Positions 38,480-40,379 of a stretch of 40,379 nucleotides of DNA are shown here, in pieces. The number at the start of each line of letters is the position of its first letter. Within the stretch, counting starts at the first letter, position 1. A program made the translations under genes and the position numbers. This stretch comes from Promethearchaeota archaeon (lineage in GTDB: Archaea; Asgardarchaeota; Lokiarchaeia; Sigyniarchaeales; SOKP01), in NCBI GenBank assembly GCA_016839585.1, contig JAEOTZ010000075.1, positions 1 to 40,379 on the forward strand, read 5' to 3'. The notes under the pieces are model-generated. The model was not told the DNA's origin and ran no database searches. It worked only from the letters and a program-made list of their open reading frames with translations.

Positions 38480-38948
38480 GCGTTATAAATATTTATCTCT
38501 TCTTTTTTTTATTTTAAAACAAATTTAATTTTAAATTTCTATTTATGCAACACACCAAGTAGAACCCTTATTCTAAACTTCTAAAAGTTTTTTTTTTCTT
38601 TATACGCCCATTTAGGGGAACAATGTTAGTTCTTTTGGTTTTACTTTCTTTATCATTCATGATTAATATAGTGATGTTAATAGCACATTCGGTATTTGAA
38701 TGAATAAATTCGATGTATATTTCTCTTTTTTTCCTTATTTATTTTTTTATATATTATTGATGTAAAAAATTAAATAGGACCAAGAATTTTAAGTTAGATA
38801 AGATTCCCCTATCCCCTCATTAAGTATCCTCAGAATTAATTAAATAGTTCTCCTTTTTTTGATCAGACTATGTATTGAATAAAAAAGTATTAAAATAATA
38901 AATAATAGAATATTTCTAATTGAAATAATTAAAATCGAGTTGAACTTA

Positions 38949-40013
38949 ATGTCTGATGATGCTTACATAAAATTGAGAGAGTTTTTGGATCAATTTCCTT
39001 TAGGTTACCCAAAAACCTCATAGGAGGTTGAATTAAGGATTTTAAAAAGACTTTTTTCAGAGGAGGAAGCCAAAATTGCAGTATATCTGACTCCAATCCC
39101 AGAGGAAGCTGTCAAAATCGCTAGTAAAATTGGGATGGAGGAAAAAAAACTAGAAAAAATCCTAGAATCGATGTCTAAAAAAGGTTTGATTTTTCGAACT
39201 CGACGAGATAATAAAACGACCTTTAATTCTGTGCCATTTATGATTGGATTATATGAATATTCTGTAAAGAAAATAGATAAAGAACTTGCTAAATATTATA
39301 AAGAATATTATGATACCGCATATCAAAAAGAAATGGGTTTAAGCAATGTTCCTGGATTTAAAGTAGTTCCAATTGAAGAAACTATCGAGGCAGATACAAT
39401 CCTATATCCATATCATAAGTTAAAGGAAAGCATTAAAAATGCTAGGGTAATCGCGGTATACGATTGTATTTGCCGTAAAGAAGCCAGATTAAATGGAGAA
39501 GGATGTGATTATCCAATTGAGACGTGTTTTAGCTTCGGAGTAGCCGCAGAATATTATATTGAAAATGGTTTTGGACGGAAAATATCTGCTGATGAAGCGA
39601 TAAGAATCATTGAGGAAGCAGACAAAGCTGGTTTGGTACACGCAGGAGCTAATTCTAAACATCTATCAAACATATGTAATTGTTGTCCCTGTTGCTGTGC
39701 ATCAATGAAGGGGATTACAAAAAAGGGACTTGATAAACATAAATTTATGAATGCGATGTTTGAATCTATTATTGATGAAGAAATTTGTATTGGATGTGGA
39801 ACTTGTATTGATCGATGTCCGGTTGGAGCTATAACTTTAGGAGATATCGCTGTGGTATCAAGAGATAAATGCCTAGGATGTGGATTATGTGCTAGTGTAT
39901 GTTCTGAGGATGCTATAACTCTACATTTAAGAGAAGATCGTGAGGTACCTTTTAATAGAGTAATTGAAATGTTAATGGCGATATTAGAAGGTAAAAGGAA
40001 AAGTTGCGAATGA
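38949..40013 (+). CDS. 4Fe-4S dicluster-domain protein with N-terminal HTH-like region, interrupted by an in-frame TAG at 39021-39023
   Basis: MSDDAYIKLREFLDQFPLGYPKTS*EVELRILKRLFSEEEAKIA... continues in frame into the track ORF at 39135. CICR, ICNCCPCCC, CIGCGTCIDRCP, CLGCGLCASVC. Confidence 0.85.
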
Positions 40014-40379
40014 AAAATATCCAAGATATGGGATTTTCATATTTTGAGAGATATCTATTTAGAGTTGCACTTTTTAAAAAACTCTTAAGGAAAAAAAAAG
40101 TGACTCCTACCTGAAGAATGGAACATGCCCTAGGTATTGACTTATTCATGTAATTCTGGAAAATAAATTTCCAAAAAGTGATATGGAGTGTATATTAACA
40201 CCATATCCTGATTTACTTAAATTTAATTTTTATTATTTACCTAAATTCTGATATAAAGAGAAGGGAAGAGAAAAGAAATCTGAACAGACATAAAAATACC
40301 AGGGAGAGATTAAACTCAATAGAGTTTAATAGAGGGCGAAATCCAATGCTAGCTCAAATTAATTTAGAATAAATTTCTC

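Noticed and set aside
38801-38836. GATTCCCCTATCCCCTCA...CCTCAGAA resembling the hairpin core
   Set aside because: No pairing arms and no adjacent 17-nt motif; too degenerate.
19546-40149. Short track ORFs 19546-19728, 23951-24136, 24212-24577, 24476-24832, 24608-24880, 25344-25529, 29240-29473, 31775-32056, 32757-32945, 39554-40024, 39952-40149
   Set aside because: Overlap better-supported genes, mostly antisense; no independent evidence.
1-40379. Selenocysteine recoding or genome-wide TAG reassignment
   Set aside because: No in-frame TGA at a Cys position was seen, including in the FrhB-like and Fe-S genes; several genes end at TAG at their expected C-termini.
40010-40379. Coding-like sequence after the Fe-S gene
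   Set aside because: Multiple stops and no recognisable family; truncated by the window edge.

Overview
Very AT-rich archaeal chromosome segment whose gene content (Rab-like GTPase, roadblock/LC7, longin-like proteins, many TPR and LRR proteins, GGTG/GTGA-type ribosome-binding sites) points to an Asgard archaeon, most likely Lokiarchaeia (inference). The left ~15 kb is housekeeping/metabolic: two tandem C69/secernin-like peptidases, RidA, glycogen synthase, an MFS transporter, an XPD/Rad3 helicase, the gcvT-H-PA-PB operon, a Rab-like GTPase and an FrhB-like protein. The right ~25 kb is a plastic accessory region. Its most striking unannotated structure is a minus-strand microprotein cassette present in three variants (16982-17257, 19241-19718, 32420-32950). 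The cassette combines a 71-80 aa M(V/A)QV...FRN protein, a 45 aa zinc-ribbon protein and a 23-28 aa MNRKR peptide, and each variant ends in a conserved TTTCCRTTTCCATAWTG motif plus a hairpin. These cassettes sit next to two copies of a second module: an LRR gene converging on a 5'-truncated, probably Zn-phospholipase-C-like gene fragment. Other oddities are an in-frame TAG in a 4Fe-4S protein gene, two genes that apparently need ATA/ATC start codons, a MITE-like element and several perfect palindromes. No rRNA, tRNA, CRISPR array or transposase was recognised. All family assignments are from motif recognition by eye, not database searches.
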